The position numbers and the translations under genes are program-made. The notes beneath the pieces are model-generated. The model was not told the DNA's origin, ran no database searches, and saw nothing but the letters and a program-made list of their open reading frames with translations. 64,000 nt of DNA from Agathobacter sp. (GTDB taxonomy: Bacteria; Bacillota; Clostridia; Lachnospirales; Lachnospiraceae): contig JBNMJQ010000005.1 in assembly GCA_050873865.1 (NCBI GenBank), forward strand, positions 14,625 through 78,624. Reading direction: 5' to 3'. Positions within the stretch are counted from its first letter, which is position 1. Each line of letters opens with the position of its first letter. Positions 1-11,502 of this stretch are shown here, piece after piece.

Positions 1-798
1 GGCAACCTCTGCATCGACAAGCTTTCGTCCGGTGATACCCATCGCTTTCATGACACCATAATAGACCTTGCTGCGCTCGGCGGTATTCTCCTTCGCCTCG
101 GCAACGGTCGTAATTCCATCCTCACTCCAGCGCAGGGCAACCTTGTCCATGTAGTGCATGCTCGAATGTCCTTCACTGATGCAATACTCGACAAGAAAAA
201 CAATAAGCTCGGTAGAAAAATGAAGCTCGTCATACCAATACAGAACCGTGTTGATGTCGGTTGTTGCCATCGGGTGCTTCAGGTAAGTTTCAATGATAAA
301 GAAAAGCTCAGAAATATTCGGGTTCTGGCGGAATTCCTTCACCTCATCCAAGGTATAATCCCTGCGGGAAGTCGTCTTTGAGATAACTGCGGCTTGTGGC
401 TTTTTCGCCGGAGCAGCTGTGGAATCTGCCACATCAGACGCTGGGATGGAAGCACCCTGCGGTGCTGCGGATACGGAAGCAGAATATTCCTTATAATCAC
501 TGAGTGGGGACAGGAGCGTGATATCACAGAGCACCTTGTCCGGGCCGTAGCCGAGTAAGAGCAGGTGCATGCGTTCCCAATATTTTAATGCGCGCAAAAC
601 ATCCTTCTCGGTATGGTTAAAGCAGTCAGCGATTGCTGAGATAGAGCACTCGGCTGCACTGCTGTTTAGATTTCTAAGTAAATACAGATATACCTTCACA
701 AATTCCCCATTTGCTTCCGGCATATATCGGTCAATAAAAATATTTGGGATGCAAGTTATAGAATTAGGACAATCACTGTGTAGTTGAATGGTTGCCAT
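1..798 (-). CDS. DnaD-domain replication protein (partial, runs off the left edge)
   Basis: Not in the ORF track because it is truncated. Manual translation from ATG 798 gives MATIQLHSDCPNSITCIPNIFIDRYMPEANGEFVKVYLYLLR...SISAIADCFNHTEKDVLRALKYWE, typical of clostridial DnaD/DnaB-like N-termini. Purine-rich SD AGAGGG upstream. Confidence 0.8.
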   Translation of the reverse strand, partial: MATIQLHSDCPNSITCIPNIFIDRYMPEANGEFVKVYLYLLRNLNSSAAECSISAIADCFNHTEKDVLRALKYWERMHLLLLGYGPDKVLCDITLLSPLSDYKEYSASVSAAPQGASIPASDVADSTAAPAKKPQAAVISKTTSRRDYTLDEVKEFRQNPNISELFFIIETYLKHPMATTDINTVLYWYDELHFSTELIVFLVEYCISEGHSSMHYMDKVALRWSEDGITTVAEAKENTAERSKVYYGVMKAMGITGRKLVDAEVA

Positions 799-865
799 AG
801 TATTCCCTCTTTCTGTCAGATAAATCGGTCAAGGCTGCATACAGGTCTCGACCAGTCTGTCAGCA

Positions 866-894
866 ATTATAGCACAAAGCATACCCATTGAAAA
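866..894 (-). promoter_or_regulatory. sigma-A promoter of the dnaD-like gene
   Basis: Minus strand TTTTCA-N17-TATAAT with extended TG (TGCTATAAT). Confidence 0.6.
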
Positions 895-950
895 GCAGAA
901 AAAAGCCCGAAAATAGCGAAAGAACAAGGCATTTTGCCAACATACCCGAA

Positions 951-1080
951 TGTGGATAACGTGGAAAAAGATACCTCAAAAAGCAGTTTATGCGGATAAA
1001 TCGGGCATGTTCAAAGTTATAAAAAATCCACACTGTCTGTTGAAGATAATCAACAAATGCAGTGTGGATAATGTGGACAA
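951..1080. promoter_or_regulatory. DnaA-box cluster
   Basis: Perfect TGTGGATAA at 951 and 1063. One-mismatch TGCGGATAA at 991 and TGTGGACAA at 1072. Two-mismatch boxes at 960, 1024, 1041 and 1047. Confidence 0.7.
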
Positions 1081-2460
1081 TTATTTGCCAAGGAGCGCCT
1101 CGCCTATTTCTACAACGTTTCCAGCTCCCATAGTTATCAACAGGTCCCCGTTTATACAATTTTCCAATAAAAATTTTTCAATCTCCTCGAAAGAAGGGAA
1201 GTAATAACACTCGGTTCCATGGGTTTTCAGTTTATCAAGAATGTCACGTGAACTGATTCCAATTGTATTTTTCTCGCGGGCAGCGTAAATATCAGCGAGG
1301 ACAACAACATCCGCAAGAGAAAGAACATCCGCAAAGTCATCAAGAAATGCTTTTGTGCGGGAATAAGTATGCGGCTGGAATACTAATACAAGACGCTTGT
1401 GAGGATAGTTGGCTGCTGCGGTGAGCGTTGCACGTATCTCGGTTGGATGGTGGGCATAGTCATCAATGACCGTAACTCCGTCAATCGTTCCCTTGTATTG
1501 GAAACGGCGGTCTGCTCCGTGAAATGCCAAAAGCCCCTCCTGCATCCGGTCGAAGGAAATGCCGGCCTGTGTGCAGCATGCAACAGCGGCCAGAGCATTG
1601 GTAACATTGTGAATACCCGGGACACGAAGCTTTAATGTGCCAAGGGCTTTGCCCCTGTATACAACAGTAAAGCCTGCGCAGCCTTTATCGTCAAAGGAAA
1701 TATCGGTTGCAGAAAAGTCGTTTTTGGCATCCAGGCCGAAGGTGACAACATCACAGGAAAGATCACCGGAAATTTCCTCGTAGTTGTCAATCGCTCCGTT
1801 AATGATCAATGTGCCGTCAGACTTTGTGTTCTCTGCGAAAAGCCGGAAGGAATGGCGCACATCGGCGAGATCTTTAAAGAAATCCAAATGTTCCGCCTCG
1901 ACGTTGAGAATGATGCTGTACTTTGGACGGAAATTCAAAAAGCTGTTGGTGTATTCACATGCTTCGGTAAGGAAAGTCTCGGAGTCTCCAACACGGAGAT
2001 TGCCACCGAGAGCTTCAAGAATACCACCCACGGAGATGGTGGGATCTGCGTCGGCTGCAAGCAGGATCTGGCTGATCATGGAAGTCGTAGTGGTCTTCCC
2101 GTGTGTGCCGGCAACTGCGATGGACTGCTCGTAATTGTCCATGATCTGACCGAGAAGCTCAGCACGCGTCAGCATAGGAATCTGCTTCTGCTTTGCGGCC
2201 TGCCATTCCGGGTTATCCTCACGGATGGCTGCCGTATATACAACAAGGTCAATGCCGTCCTGAATGTTGCCGGCACATTGCCCGTAAAAAATCTGTATGC
2301 CTTTTTCACTAAGATGGCGTGTCAGGTCGGATTCCTTGGAGTCGGAGCCGGATATGGTAAATCCTTCCTCGGCTAAGATCTCAGCGAGTCCGCTCATGCT
2401 GATACCGCCGATTCCGATGAAGTGTACGTGTATCGGATGATGAAAATTTAATTTATACAT
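1081..2460 (-). CDS. murC: UDP-N-acetylmuramate--L-alanine ligase
   Basis: HFIGIGGISMSGLA, AGTHGKTTTT, DDYAHHPTE, FQPHTYSRT motifs. Confidence 0.97.
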   Translation of the reverse strand: MYKLNFHHPIHVHFIGIGGISMSGLAEILAEEGFTISGSDSKESDLTRHLSEKGIQIFYGQCAGNIQDGIDLVVYTAAIREDNPEWQAAKQKQIPMLTRAELLGQIMDNYEQSIAVAGTHGKTTTTSMISQILLAADADPTISVGGILEALGGNLRVGDSETFLTEACEYTNSFLNFRPKYSIILNVEAEHLDFFKDLADVRHSFRLFAENTKSDGTLIINGAIDNYEEISGDLSCDVVTFGLDAKNDFSATDISFDDKGCAGFTVVYRGKALGTLKLRVPGIHNVTNALAAVACCTQAGISFDRMQEGLLAFHGADRRFQYKGTIDGVTVIDDYAHHPTEIRATLTAAANYPHKRLVLVFQPHTYSRTKAFLDDFADVLSLADVVVLADIYAAREKNTIGISSRDILDKLKTHGTECYYFPSFEEIEKFLLENCINGDLLITMGAGNVVEIGEALLGK

Positions 2461-2751
2461 AAATGTTACCTGCCCATGAGTATTTGAATTACTTCCTTAT
2501 AATTATAACCGTATTCTTGTAATTTGCAAATGAAAAGAACAGATGTAAAGTGAGTAAATATTGTGGAAAATGTCAAAAATTTCCATAAGGTCTACGAAAA
2601 TTTGTGAAAAATGTTGAATGAGGGAGACGCTCATGCTATAATAAACATAATAATACACAGACAGAAGTAGCCATATTTGGTATTATCTGTAAAGTACGGC
2701 ATACACATGAAGTAGGGTATGTCCATAAAGTATGATACAAGGAGTGATAAC

Positions 2752-4026
2752 GTGATTAAAAAAGAAATGATAGCCATGCTTCTGGCCGGCGGGCAGGGAA
2801 GCAGACTTGGAGTATTGACCGCAGATGTTGCAAAACCTGCAGTCTCATTCGGAGGCAAGTACCGGATCATAGACTTCCCTTTGAGCAACTGCATCAATTC
2901 CGGAATTGACACAGTCGGTGTACTGACACAGTATCAGCCGCTTAGGCTTAACACACATATCGGGATCGGCATTCCGTGGGATCTTGACCGCAACAATGGG
3001 GGAGTAACCGTGCTGCCGCCATATGAGAGAAGCACGAACAGCGAGTGGTATACCGGTACTGCAAATGCGATCTACCAGAACCTGCGCTATATGGAGACCT
3101 ACAATCCGGATTATGTGCTGATTCTTTCCGGAGATCATATCTACAAGATGGATTATGAGGTAATGCTCGATTTTCATAAGGAGAATCATGCGGACGTTAC
3201 CATCGCAACCATGCCGGTCCCGCTTGAGGAAGCGAGCCGCTTTGGTATCGTGATCGCGGATGAAGACAAGAGGATCACAGAGTTTGAGGAGAAACCACAG
3301 AACCCGAGGAGCAACCTTGCTTCCATGGGTATCTACATATTCTCATGGCCGGTGCTTCGGGATGCACTTATTGCAATGAAAGACCAGCAGAGCTGCGACT
3401 TCGGAAAGCATATTATTCCATATTGCTTCGACCATCAGAAGCGGATGTTTGCCTATGAGTTCAATGGATATTGGAAGGATGTCGGAACTCTTGGCTCATA
3501 TTGGGAAGCAAACATGGAACTGATAGACCTGATTCCGGAATTCAATCTCTACGAGGAATATTGGAAGATCTACACGAAGTGTGATACGATCGAACCGCAG
3601 TATATTGCATCAGAAGCCTATATCGAGAAGAGTATCATCGGGGAGGCCTGCGAGATATACGGAACCGTCATCAATTCTGTTATTGGACCGAATGTGCAGA
3701 TCGGCCGGGGAACGGTAGTACGGGATTCTATCATCATGAAGGATACCGTTATCGGGGAGAATACAAATATCACAAAGGCAATCGTTGCAGAGAACTGCAG
3801 AGTCGGAAATCAGGCCGAGCTTGGAATTGGTGAGGAAGCTCCGAATAAGCTCAATGCAAGCATTTATTCCTTTGGTCTTGTTACCATTGGCGAGAACTCT
3901 GTGATACCGGATGGAGTAAAAATCGGCAAGAATACTGCAATCTCTGGTGTTACGGATAAATCCGACTACCCGGACAACGTTCTGCTTGGCGGAGAAGTAA
4001 TCATTAAGGCAGGTGACAATAAATGA
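2752..4026 (+). CDS. glgC: Glucose-1-phosphate adenylyltransferase, catalytic subunit
   Basis: [37 protein letters not shown]. Likely GTG start at 2752 after AAGGAG. Confidence 0.96.
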   Translation: MIKKEMIAMLLAGGQGSRLGVLTADVAKPAVSFGGKYRIIDFPLSNCINSGIDTVGVLTQYQPLRLNTHIGIGIPWDLDRNNGGVTVLPPYERSTNSEWYTGTANAIYQNLRYMETYNPDYVLILSGDHIYKMDYEVMLDFHKENHADVTIATMPVPLEEASRFGIVIADEDKRITEFEEKPQNPRSNLASMGIYIFSWPVLRDALIAMKDQQSCDFGKHIIPYCFDHQKRMFAYEFNGYWKDVGTLGSYWEANMELIDLIPEFNLYEEYWKIYTKCDTIEPQYIASEAYIEKSIIGEACEIYGTVINSVIGPNVQIGRGTVVRDSIIMKDTVIGENTNITKAIVAENCRVGNQAELGIGEEAPNKLNASIYSFGLVTIGENSVIPDGVKIGKNTAISGVTDKSDYPDNVLLGGEVIIKAGDNK

Positions 4027-5141
4027 AAGCAATCGGTATAATTTTAGCAGGTGGCAACAGCAACCGGATGAGAGAACTGTCCCGCAAACGTGCGATTTCC
4101 GCAATGCCGGTCGGAGGAAGCTTCCGCTGCATCGACTTTGCGCTCAGCAACATGAGCAATTCGCATGTTCAGACAGTTGCGGTGCTGACACAATACAATT
4201 CCCGTTCCCTGAACGAACATTTAAGCTCTTCCAAGTGGTGGGACTTCGGAAGAAAACAGGGAGGTTTATATCTGTTTACTCCGACTGTGACTGCGGAAAA
4301 CAGTGATTGGTATCGCGGAACAGCAGATGCGATCTATCAGAATATCGACTTCTTGAAGAGACGTCATGAGCCATACGTTATCATTTCAAGTGGTGACTGC
4401 GTTTATAAGATGGATTACAACGAGATTCTGGATTACCATGTAGAGAAAAAGGCCGATATCACAGTTGTCTGCAAGGACATGCCGGCACAGAGTGATGTCA
4501 GTCGCTTTGGTGTCGTCAAAATGAACGAAGAATCCCGGATTATTGACTTCGAGGAGAAACCGTTGGTTGCACAGTCCAACACCGTGTCGACCGGTGTGTA
4601 TGTGATCCGCCGCCGTCAGCTGATTGAGATGCTTGAGAAGGCAGCTGAGGAGAACAGGTACGATTTTGTCAATGATATTCTGGTACGTTATCGCAGTGTG
4701 AAGCGTATTTTTGGATTTAAGATAAAGACATATTGGAACAACATCGCATCAGTAGAGGATTATTACCAGACGAACATGGATTTCCTCAAACCGGATGTGA
4801 GAAACTTCTTTTTCCGTCAGGACCCTAAGATATACTCTAAGGTAGATGACCTTCCACCGGCAAAGTATAATGTCGGATCTGAAGTCAGCAACAGCTTGAT
4901 CTCCAGCGGCTGTATCATCAACAGCAAGGTGGAGAATTCGATACTGTTCAAGCAGGTATTTGTCGGGAAGAATTGTGTGATCAAGAATTCCATTATCCTG
5001 AATGGTGCATACATCGGGGACAATACACATGTAGAGAACTGTATTGTGGAAAGCAACGGAACCTTGATGCCGAATACATATTATTGTGGGGATGATGGTA
5101 TCAAGATCGTATCAGAGAAGAATGAACGCTATATATTGTAA
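4023..5141 (+). CDS. glgD: Glucose-1-phosphate adenylyltransferase, GlgD subunit
   Basis: GlgC paralogue with altered N-terminal motif (LAGGNSNRM), overlapping glgC by ATGA. Confidence 0.9.
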   Translation: MKAIGIILAGGNSNRMRELSRKRAISAMPVGGSFRCIDFALSNMSNSHVQTVAVLTQYNSRSLNEHLSSSKWWDFGRKQGGLYLFTPTVTAENSDWYRGTADAIYQNIDFLKRRHEPYVIISSGDCVYKMDYNEILDYHVEKKADITVVCKDMPAQSDVSRFGVVKMNEESRIIDFEEKPLVAQSNTVSTGVYVIRRRQLIEMLEKAAEENRYDFVNDILVRYRSVKRIFGFKIKTYWNNIASVEDYYQTNMDFLKPDVRNFFFRQDPKIYSKVDDLPPAKYNVGSEVSNSLISSGCIINSKVENSILFKQVFVGKNCVIKNSIILNGAYIGDNTHVENCIVESNGTLMPNTYYCGDDGIKIVSEKNERYIL

Positions 5142-5165
5142 TCGGGTAAAAGGGGGATGGACGAC

Positions 5166-5432
5166 ATGCAGATAACCGATGTGCGTATCCGCAAAGTAGA
5201 AAAAGAAGGTAAGCTGAAAGCGGTAGTTTCCATTACGATTGATGATGAATTTGTGGTACATGATATTAAGGTCATTGATGGGGAGAAGGGCCTGTTCATT
5301 GCCATGCCGAGCAGAAAGGCAAGCGATGGGGAGTATCGGGATATTGCACACCCGATTAATTCCGGGACGCGGGAACAGCTTCAGAATCTGATTCTTGAGC
5401 GGTATCACGAGGAACTTGCAGATGAGGCATAA
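5166..5432 (+). CDS. spoVG: Septation regulator SpoVG
   Basis: [11 protein letters not shown]...[35 protein letters not shown]...YRDIAHPI. Confidence 0.97.
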   Translation: MQITDVRIRKVEKEGKLKAVVSITIDDEFVVHDIKVIDGEKGLFIAMPSRKASDGEYRDIAHPINSGTREQLQNLILERYHEELADEA

Positions 5433-5476
5433 TGCATCTGCGGGCATGCAGATATAATTAGAACCATGGATACTGG

Positions 5477-5514
5477 CTGTCACTTCGGAGGGGGTCCGAG
5501 GTGGCAGTCTTTTT
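5477..5514 (+). terminator. Intrinsic terminator after spoVG
   Basis: GCTGTCACTTCGGA-loop-TCCGAGGTGGCAGT followed by CTTTTT. Confidence 0.7.
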
Positions 5515-5517
5515 CGT

Positions 5518-5546
5518 TTGACGCTCTTTGCAAATGATATTATAAT
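5518..5546 (+). promoter_or_regulatory. sigma-A promoter of pth-mfd
   Basis: TTGACG-N17-TATAAT. Confidence 0.75.
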
Positions 5547-5588
5547 TTGTATGTTGTCTTGACAATAAGACAGCAGGAGGATAAAAAC

Positions 5589-6158
5589 ATGTTTTTGATA
5601 GCGGGACTTGGTAATCCGGACAAAAAATATGAACATACACGCCATAACATCGGATTTGATACACTTGATGTGCTGGCAGATAAATATAATATCAATATCA
5701 ATGAAAAAAAGCATAAGGCATTGTGTGGAACCGGTGCCATTGAAGGCGTAAAGGTACTTCTCGCCAAACCACAGACCTATATGAACCTAAGTGGGGAGAG
5801 TATCGCAGAGATCATCAATTTCTACAAGATCGATCCAGAGAGTGAAATGATCGTGATCTATGACGATATTTCCCTTGAGCCGGGAAATATCCGCATACGC
5901 AAAAAAGGAAGTGCCGGTGGGCATAATGGAATTAAGAATATCATAGCAATGACAGGAACACAGAACTTCATGCGTATCAAGGTCGGCGTCGGGGAAAAGC
6001 CGCAGGGCTGGGACCTGGCAGATCATGTTTTGGGAAGGATGGATAAGGAAGACAGAAGCCGTGCGGAGGATGCAATGGCGGATGCGGCACAGGCAGCCGT
6101 CCTCATGATGCATGATGAGACGGACAAGGCGATGAATCTGTATAATTCCAGAAAATAG
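5589..6158 (+). CDS. pth: Peptidyl-tRNA hydrolase
   Basis: GLGNP...TRHNIGF, KPQTYMNLSG, GSAGGHNGIK. ATG after AGGAGG. Confidence 0.97.
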   Translation: MFLIAGLGNPDKKYEHTRHNIGFDTLDVLADKYNININEKKHKALCGTGAIEGVKVLLAKPQTYMNLSGESIAEIINFYKIDPESEMIVIYDDISLEPGNIRIRKKGSAGGHNGIKNIIAMTGTQNFMRIKVGVGEKPQGWDLADHVLGRMDKEDRSRAEDAMADAAQAAVLMMHDETDKAMNLYNSRK

Positions 6159-6166
6159 GAGCAAAC

Positions 6167-9100
6167 GTGAAAGCTTTTTTAGAACCTCTCCGCGACCTTT
6201 TGGGATTTGCGGATATGACAAAACAGGCGAAAAATGCCGGACTGGTGACAATATCCGGCTGTATTGACGCACAAAAGCCTCATATGATCTATGCATGTAA
6301 CAATGGTCGGAAGAACAAGATCATTGTTACTTTTCATGAGCAAAAAGCGAAGGAACTGTACGAAGACTATCAGTTTTTTGACCCGGATGCCGTATATTAT
6401 CCGGCGAAGGATGTACTGTTTTATCAGGCGGATATTCGTGGAAACCTGTTGACGGCACAGCGTATTTCGGCTTTGAAAGCGATTCATGAGCAGGAGCAGG
6501 TGACGCTTATCACGACGTTCGACGCACTGATGAATACAATGGCACCACCGGAAAAAATCTGGAATTCCATTCTTCGGATTGCACCGGGGGATACGCTTGA
6601 TCTGGAGAAGACAACGGCGCAGCTGGTCCGTATGGGTTATGAAAAGGAATATCAGGTGGAAAACAGCGGACAGTTTGCTGTCAGAGGCGGAATTCTTGAC
6701 ATCTTTCCGCTTACGGAGGAGCAGCCGGTCCGTATTGAACTGTGGGGGGATGAGATAGACACCATCCGCTCGTTTGATGTGGAGAGTCAGAAGTCGATTG
6801 ACAATCTGGATGAGGTGATCGTTTATCCGGCGTGTGAGTTGGTGCTGGGGGATGAGGAACTTCAGGCGGGCATTGCACGTTTAAAGGAAGAAGCAGAACG
6901 TGTATCGGCAGATCTTAGAAGAAACATGAAGACAGAAGAAGCCTACCGCATGAAATCAATGGCGGATGAGCTTGCTGAGCAGTGGGGAGAGCTTTCTTTA
7001 TATGCGGGAATTGATGCATATTTATCTTATTTTACGGACAAAAGGGTGTGCCTTTTAGACTTCTTTGACCCAGAGGATACGACGATCTTTCTGGATGAGC
7101 TGGGCAGATGTGTAGAGCGGGGACAGCAGACGGAAGTTGAGTTCTCCGAGAGCATGAAGCAGAGGCTTGCAATGGGGTATATTCTGCCGGGACAGATGAG
7201 GGAACTCTTTCTACAGAAGGAGATCATGGGGAAGCTTGCAAAGTTCTCCTGCGTGGCGGTGGCGGCACTTGATGTAAAGACATATGGACTGAAGTCAAAC
7301 GGTCAGTTTGCAATCCACGTAAAAAGCGTAAGCGCATACAACAGCAGCTTTGAACTCCTTGTAAAGGATTTGAAACGCTATGGCAAGAACGGCTACCGTA
7401 TTATATTGCTCTCCGGCTCAAGAAGCCGTGCAAAGCGATTGGCGGAGGATCTGTTTCATGAGGGACTGAGCAGCTTTTACACGGAAGACTATGACCATGA
7501 ACTCCTTCCGGGGCAGATCATGGTCTGCTATGGCAAGGTAAAACGCGGATATGAATATCCAATCCTGCCGTTTGCGGTAATTACCGATACGGATATTTTT
7601 GGTGCGGAGCACAAGAAGAAAAAGCGTCATCGCACATATGAAGGAGAGAAGATCCAACAGTTTACGGATCTTTCCGTTGGGGATTATGTTGTCCATGAAA
7701 ATCATGGACTCGGTATTTACCGCGGCATTGAGAAGATTGAAGTAGATAAGAAGGTTAAGGACTACATTAAGATTGAGTATTCCGGCGGCTCCAATCTGTA
7801 TATCCTTGCAACACAGCTGGAACTGATCCAGAAATATGCCGGAAAAGATGCAAAGAAGCCAAAGCTGAATAAGCTCGGCGGGCAGGAATGGACGAAGACA
7901 AAGAGCAGGGTACGGGGAGCTGTCCAGCAGATTGCACAGGATCTGGTCAATCTGTATGCTGTCCGTGAGGAGAAAAATGGTTTTGTCTATGGCCCGGATA
8001 CCGTTTGGCAGAGAGAATTTGAGGAGTTGTTTCCGTTTGAGGAGACAGAAGATCAGATCCTTGCAATCGAGGCAACCAAGAAAGACATGGAAAGCCCGAA
8101 AATCATGGATCGTCTGATCTGTGGAGATGTCGGATACGGAAAGACGGAGATTGCGATAAGAGCTGCCTTTAAGGCAGTTCAGGAGAATAAGCAGGTGGCT
8201 TATCTGGCACCGACAACGATCCTTGCCCAGCAGATTTATAATACATTCTCACAGCGCATGAAGGATTTCCCGGTAAACGTGGATCTGTTATGCCGTTTCC
8301 GGACTTCGGCAGAGCAGAAAAAGACGATCGAAAGGCTGAAAAAGGGACAGGTAGATATTATCATCGGGACACACAGGCTTCTATCCAAGGATGTGGAGTA
8401 TAAGGACCTGGGACTTCTGGTCATCGATGAGGAACAACGTTTCGGTGTTGCACATAAAGAGAAGATCAAACAGCTGAAAACAAACGTGGATGTACTGACA
8501 CTGACCGCGACACCGATACCGCGTACTCTCCATATGAGTCTGATCGGCATCCGTGACATGAGCGTGCTTGAAGAACCACCTATGGACCGTGTACCAATCC
8601 AGACCTATGTCATGGAATACAATGAGGAACTTGTCCGGGAAGCAATCACAAGAGAACTCGCAAGGGACGGACAGGTATACTATGTATATAATAAGGTAAA
8701 AGACATTGATGAGGTGGCAACAAAAATCCAGTCTCTTGTTCCGGAGGCAAATGTGGCATTTGCACATGGGCAGATGAAGGAGAATGATCTGGAACGCATC
8801 ATGTACAACTTTATCAACGGAGATATCGACGTACTTGTCTCCACAACGATTATAGAGACGGGGATGGATATTTCCAATGTTAATACGATGATCATCCATG
8901 ATGCAGACAATATGGGATTATCGCAGCTTTACCAGCTCCGGGGAAGAGTGGGAAGATCCAACCGTACCGCATATGCATTCTTAATGTACCGCCGCAACAA
9001 GATGCTAAAGGAGATTGCAGAGAAACGCCTGGCTGCGATCAAGGAATACTCAGAACTTGGAAGCGGATTTAAAATTGCCATGCGTGATCTTGAAATCCGG

Positions 9101-9709
9101 GGCGCCGGCAACCTGTTAGGTGCAGAGCAGAGCGGACATATGGAAGCAGTCGGATATGACCTGTATTGCAAGATGCTGAATGAAGCAGTAAAAGAGGCAA
9201 AAGGCGCTGCACCGGCAGAACAATTTGACACCTCCATCGACGTTGTGACCGATGCGTATATTCCATCCGGTTATATTGCAAATGAACTGCAAAAGCTGGA
9301 CATCTATAAAAGGATTGCAGGCATTATGGACAGTGCGGAGGCAGATGAGATGTTAGAGGAACTTATCGACCGTTTTGGCGAACCGCCGAAATCAGTGCTG
9401 AACCTGCTTGCCATAGCATGTCTCAAAGGCCGGGCCCACCGGTTATATGTGCAGGACATTGTGCAGAAGGGAAATGAAATCAAGCTTGTCATGTATGAAA
9501 AGGCAGGCATTAACCCGGCAGGTATTCCGGGACTTATCACACAGCTGTCCCCGGCTCTGCGGTTTGCCGCAGAATCGAAAAACCCGTATTTTATTTACCA
9601 GATGCAGGCAAACTCCAGAGACAGGAACCAGAATGTACTTGAAACACTTGAGACAATACTTAAAGCCATGGAGGAGAAGCTTCTGGGTGATGGCACTTCT
9701 GGCACCTGA
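6167..9709 (+). CDS. mfd: Transcription-repair coupling factor
   Basis: 1180 aa with [45 protein letters not shown]. Confidence 0.97.
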   Translation: MKAFLEPLRDLLGFADMTKQAKNAGLVTISGCIDAQKPHMIYACNNGRKNKIIVTFHEQKAKELYEDYQFFDPDAVYYPAKDVLFYQADIRGNLLTAQRISALKAIHEQEQVTLITTFDALMNTMAPPEKIWNSILRIAPGDTLDLEKTTAQLVRMGYEKEYQVENSGQFAVRGGILDIFPLTEEQPVRIELWGDEIDTIRSFDVESQKSIDNLDEVIVYPACELVLGDEELQAGIARLKEEAERVSADLRRNMKTEEAYRMKSMADELAEQWGELSLYAGIDAYLSYFTDKRVCLLDFFDPEDTTIFLDELGRCVERGQQTEVEFSESMKQRLAMGYILPGQMRELFLQKEIMGKLAKFSCVAVAALDVKTYGLKSNGQFAIHVKSVSAYNSSFELLVKDLKRYGKNGYRIILLSGSRSRAKRLAEDLFHEGLSSFYTEDYDHELLPGQIMVCYGKVKRGYEYPILPFAVITDTDIFGAEHKKKKRHRTYEGEKIQQFTDLSVGDYVVHENHGLGIYRGIEKIEVDKKVKDYIKIEYSGGSNLYILATQLELIQKYAGKDAKKPKLNKLGGQEWTKTKSRVRGAVQQIAQDLVNLYAVREEKNGFVYGPDTVWQREFEELFPFEETEDQILAIEATKKDMESPKIMDRLICGDVGYGKTEIAIRAAFKAVQENKQVAYLAPTTILAQQIYNTFSQRMKDFPVNVDLLCRFRTSAEQKKTIERLKKGQVDIIIGTHRLLSKDVEYKDLGLLVIDEEQRFGVAHKEKIKQLKTNVDVLTLTATPIPRTLHMSLIGIRDMSVLEEPPMDRVPIQTYVMEYNEELVREAITRELARDGQVYYVYNKVKDIDEVATKIQSLVPEANVAFAHGQMKENDLERIMYNFINGDIDVLVSTTIIETGMDISNVNTMIIHDADNMGLSQLYQLRGRVGRSNRTAYAFLMYRRNKMLKEIAEKRLAAIKEYSELGSGFKIAMRDLEIRGAGNLLGAEQSGHMEAVGYDLYCKMLNEAVKEAKGAAPAEQFDTSIDVVTDAYIPSGYIANELQKLDIYKRIAGIMDSAEADEMLEELIDRFGEPPKSVLNLLAIACLKGRAHRLYVQDIVQKGNEIKLVMYEKAGINPAGIPGLITQLSPALRFAAESKNPYFIYQMQANSRDRNQNVLETLETILKAMEEKLLGDGTSGT

Positions 9710-9842
9710 ATGCAGACGCAGCTTTGTGCGGATGAAGGTGATTTGCAGGAAGCATAAAAAATAGTTGCCAGTTGCATCAAAAAGCACTATAATATATCGA
9801 GCAATCTTGTGTAAAATGAGAAAAGCCATTTTAGGAGGAACC

Positions 9843-10958
9843 ATGAATACAAAAAAATTAGCGGCATTATGTCTGACAGGAGCACTTGCTGTTTCTGCGC
9901 TGACAGGATGCGGAATCAATAAAAACGCAACAGCAGCGTCTTTTACAGACGGAACAACAATTACAATGGGATTTACAAATTTTGTAGTCCGTTATCAGCA
10001 GGTCGTAGCCGATTCATTCTACCGTCAGATATTCGGAGATGATGTCTGGACCAAGGATGTTTACGGAAATGGAACAACGATGGCAGATACCGTTAAGAGC
10101 TCTGTGATGGACAGCCTGCATGAGATGTATACGTTAAAGAACCATATGGCTGACTATAATGTATCATTGACAGATGAGGAAAATACAGCAATCGCAAATG
10201 CGGCGGATGCTTTTCTTGCCGGAAACGATTCCGATACATTAGACGAAATCGGTGCGAGCCGTGAATCTGTTATTGAATTTTTGACCTTACAGACAATTCA
10301 GAGCAAGATGAAGAATGCAATCTATGCAACCGCTGACACGAACGTATCTGACGAAGAAGCGAATATGCGTGCATACACAATGCTCACATTTTCTACCGCA
10401 GGCACTTATGACGAGGACAATAACCTTGTAGAGCTGACCGGCGAGGAGAAGGCTGCAATTGAGACCGAGGCTGCTGATATCTATGCAGAGATCACCGATC
10501 CGGCAGATCTCGAGACTGTTGCGGAAGCACATGATGTAAAGCCGACTACCGGTACATATGATGCGGACAATACAACCCTTGATGAGGATGTCAAGACAGC
10601 GCTTGACGCGTTACATGAGGGAGAGCTATCACAGCTTATCACAACAGATTCCGCAATTTATATTGTGCGTCTGGACAAGGAGACGGATGAGGAGGCAACC
10701 GCATCCAACCGCGAGTCCATTATCAAAGACCGCCAGACCTCTTTGTATGATGAGGTTCTTGCCGGATGGCAGGAGAATGATGGCTGGAAAGTAAATGATA
10801 AGCAGATCGCAAAGATCCAGCTCAAGAATACATTTTCACAGCCGGCTTCTGAGGACACGGAGTCAACGGAAGATACAGAGTCAACCGATGCGGCGGATGA
10901 TACAGAAGCAGCGGATGATACGCAGACAACAGAAAGCACAGAAGCAGCACAAGAATAA
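9843..10958 (+). CDS. PrsA-like foldase lipoprotein (parvulin/SurA-like) with acidic tail
   Basis: Lipobox ALTGC, position directly after mfd as in other Clostridia, degenerate PpiC-like segment, E/D/T-rich C-terminus. Confidence 0.7.
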   Translation: MNTKKLAALCLTGALAVSALTGCGINKNATAASFTDGTTITMGFTNFVVRYQQVVADSFYRQIFGDDVWTKDVYGNGTTMADTVKSSVMDSLHEMYTLKNHMADYNVSLTDEENTAIANAADAFLAGNDSDTLDEIGASRESVIEFLTLQTIQSKMKNAIYATADTNVSDEEANMRAYTMLTFSTAGTYDEDNNLVELTGEEKAAIETEAADIYAEITDPADLETVAEAHDVKPTTGTYDADNTTLDEDVKTALDALHEGELSQLITTDSAIYIVRLDKETDEEATASNRESIIKDRQTSLYDEVLAGWQENDGWKVNDKQIAKIQLKNTFSQPASEDTESTEDTESTDAADDTEAADDTQTTESTEAAQE

Positions 10959-10962
10959 GAAT

Positions 10963-11463
10963 ATGTCAAAGAACAACATTGTACTGATTGGCATGCCGGG
11001 CGTGGGAAAGAGTACGATCGGCGTGATTCTGGCAAAGGAACTGGGATACCGGTTCCTGGATGCAGACCTGCTCATTCAGCAGCAGGAGGGGAAACTTTTG
11101 CGTGAGATCATCGCAGAAGAAGGGACAGAAGGATTTATTGAGGTAGAAAACCGCGTAAATGCAGGAATATGCGCGGAACGTACGATTATAGCTACTGGGG
11201 GAAGTGTCGTATATGGAAAAGAGGCTATGCGGCACCTGAAAGAAATCGGAACGGTTATATATTTGGAGCTGTCGTTTGACGCAATACAGGATAGACTTGC
11301 GGATATCAAGGGCCGCGGTGTTGTGTTAAAGGATGGGCAGACGCTTTATGATCTGTATGAGGAACGCATTCCTTTGTACAGGAAGTATGCGGATGTGACG
11401 ATCTCGGAAGAGAATCTGAATATTGAGCAAACTGTTCAAAAATTATTAGAACAATTCCAATGA
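10963..11463 (+). CDS. aroK: Shikimate kinase
   Basis: NIVLIGMPGVGKSTIG, IIATGGS, ERIPLYRKYAD. Confidence 0.92.
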   Translation: MSKNNIVLIGMPGVGKSTIGVILAKELGYRFLDADLLIQQQEGKLLREIIAEEGTEGFIEVENRVNAGICAERTIIATGGSVVYGKEAMRHLKEIGTVIYLELSFDAIQDRLADIKGRGVVLKDGQTLYDLYEERIPLYRKYADVTISEENLNIEQTVQKLLEQFQ

Positions 11464-11502
11464 TTGAATATGATGTAGTGTAAGAGTTCGTTGAGGTGTA
11501 AA

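Noticed and set aside
951-1080. oriC
   Set aside because: DnaA boxes are present but there is no dnaA/dnaN in the window and no obvious AT-rich unwinding element or DnaA-trio run.
10850-10955. Short tandem repeats at the end of the prsA-like gene (and similar ones at 28410-28505 and 42560-42660)
   Set aside because: They encode ordinary acidic or Thr-rich low-complexity linkers of lipoproteins and are not arrays.
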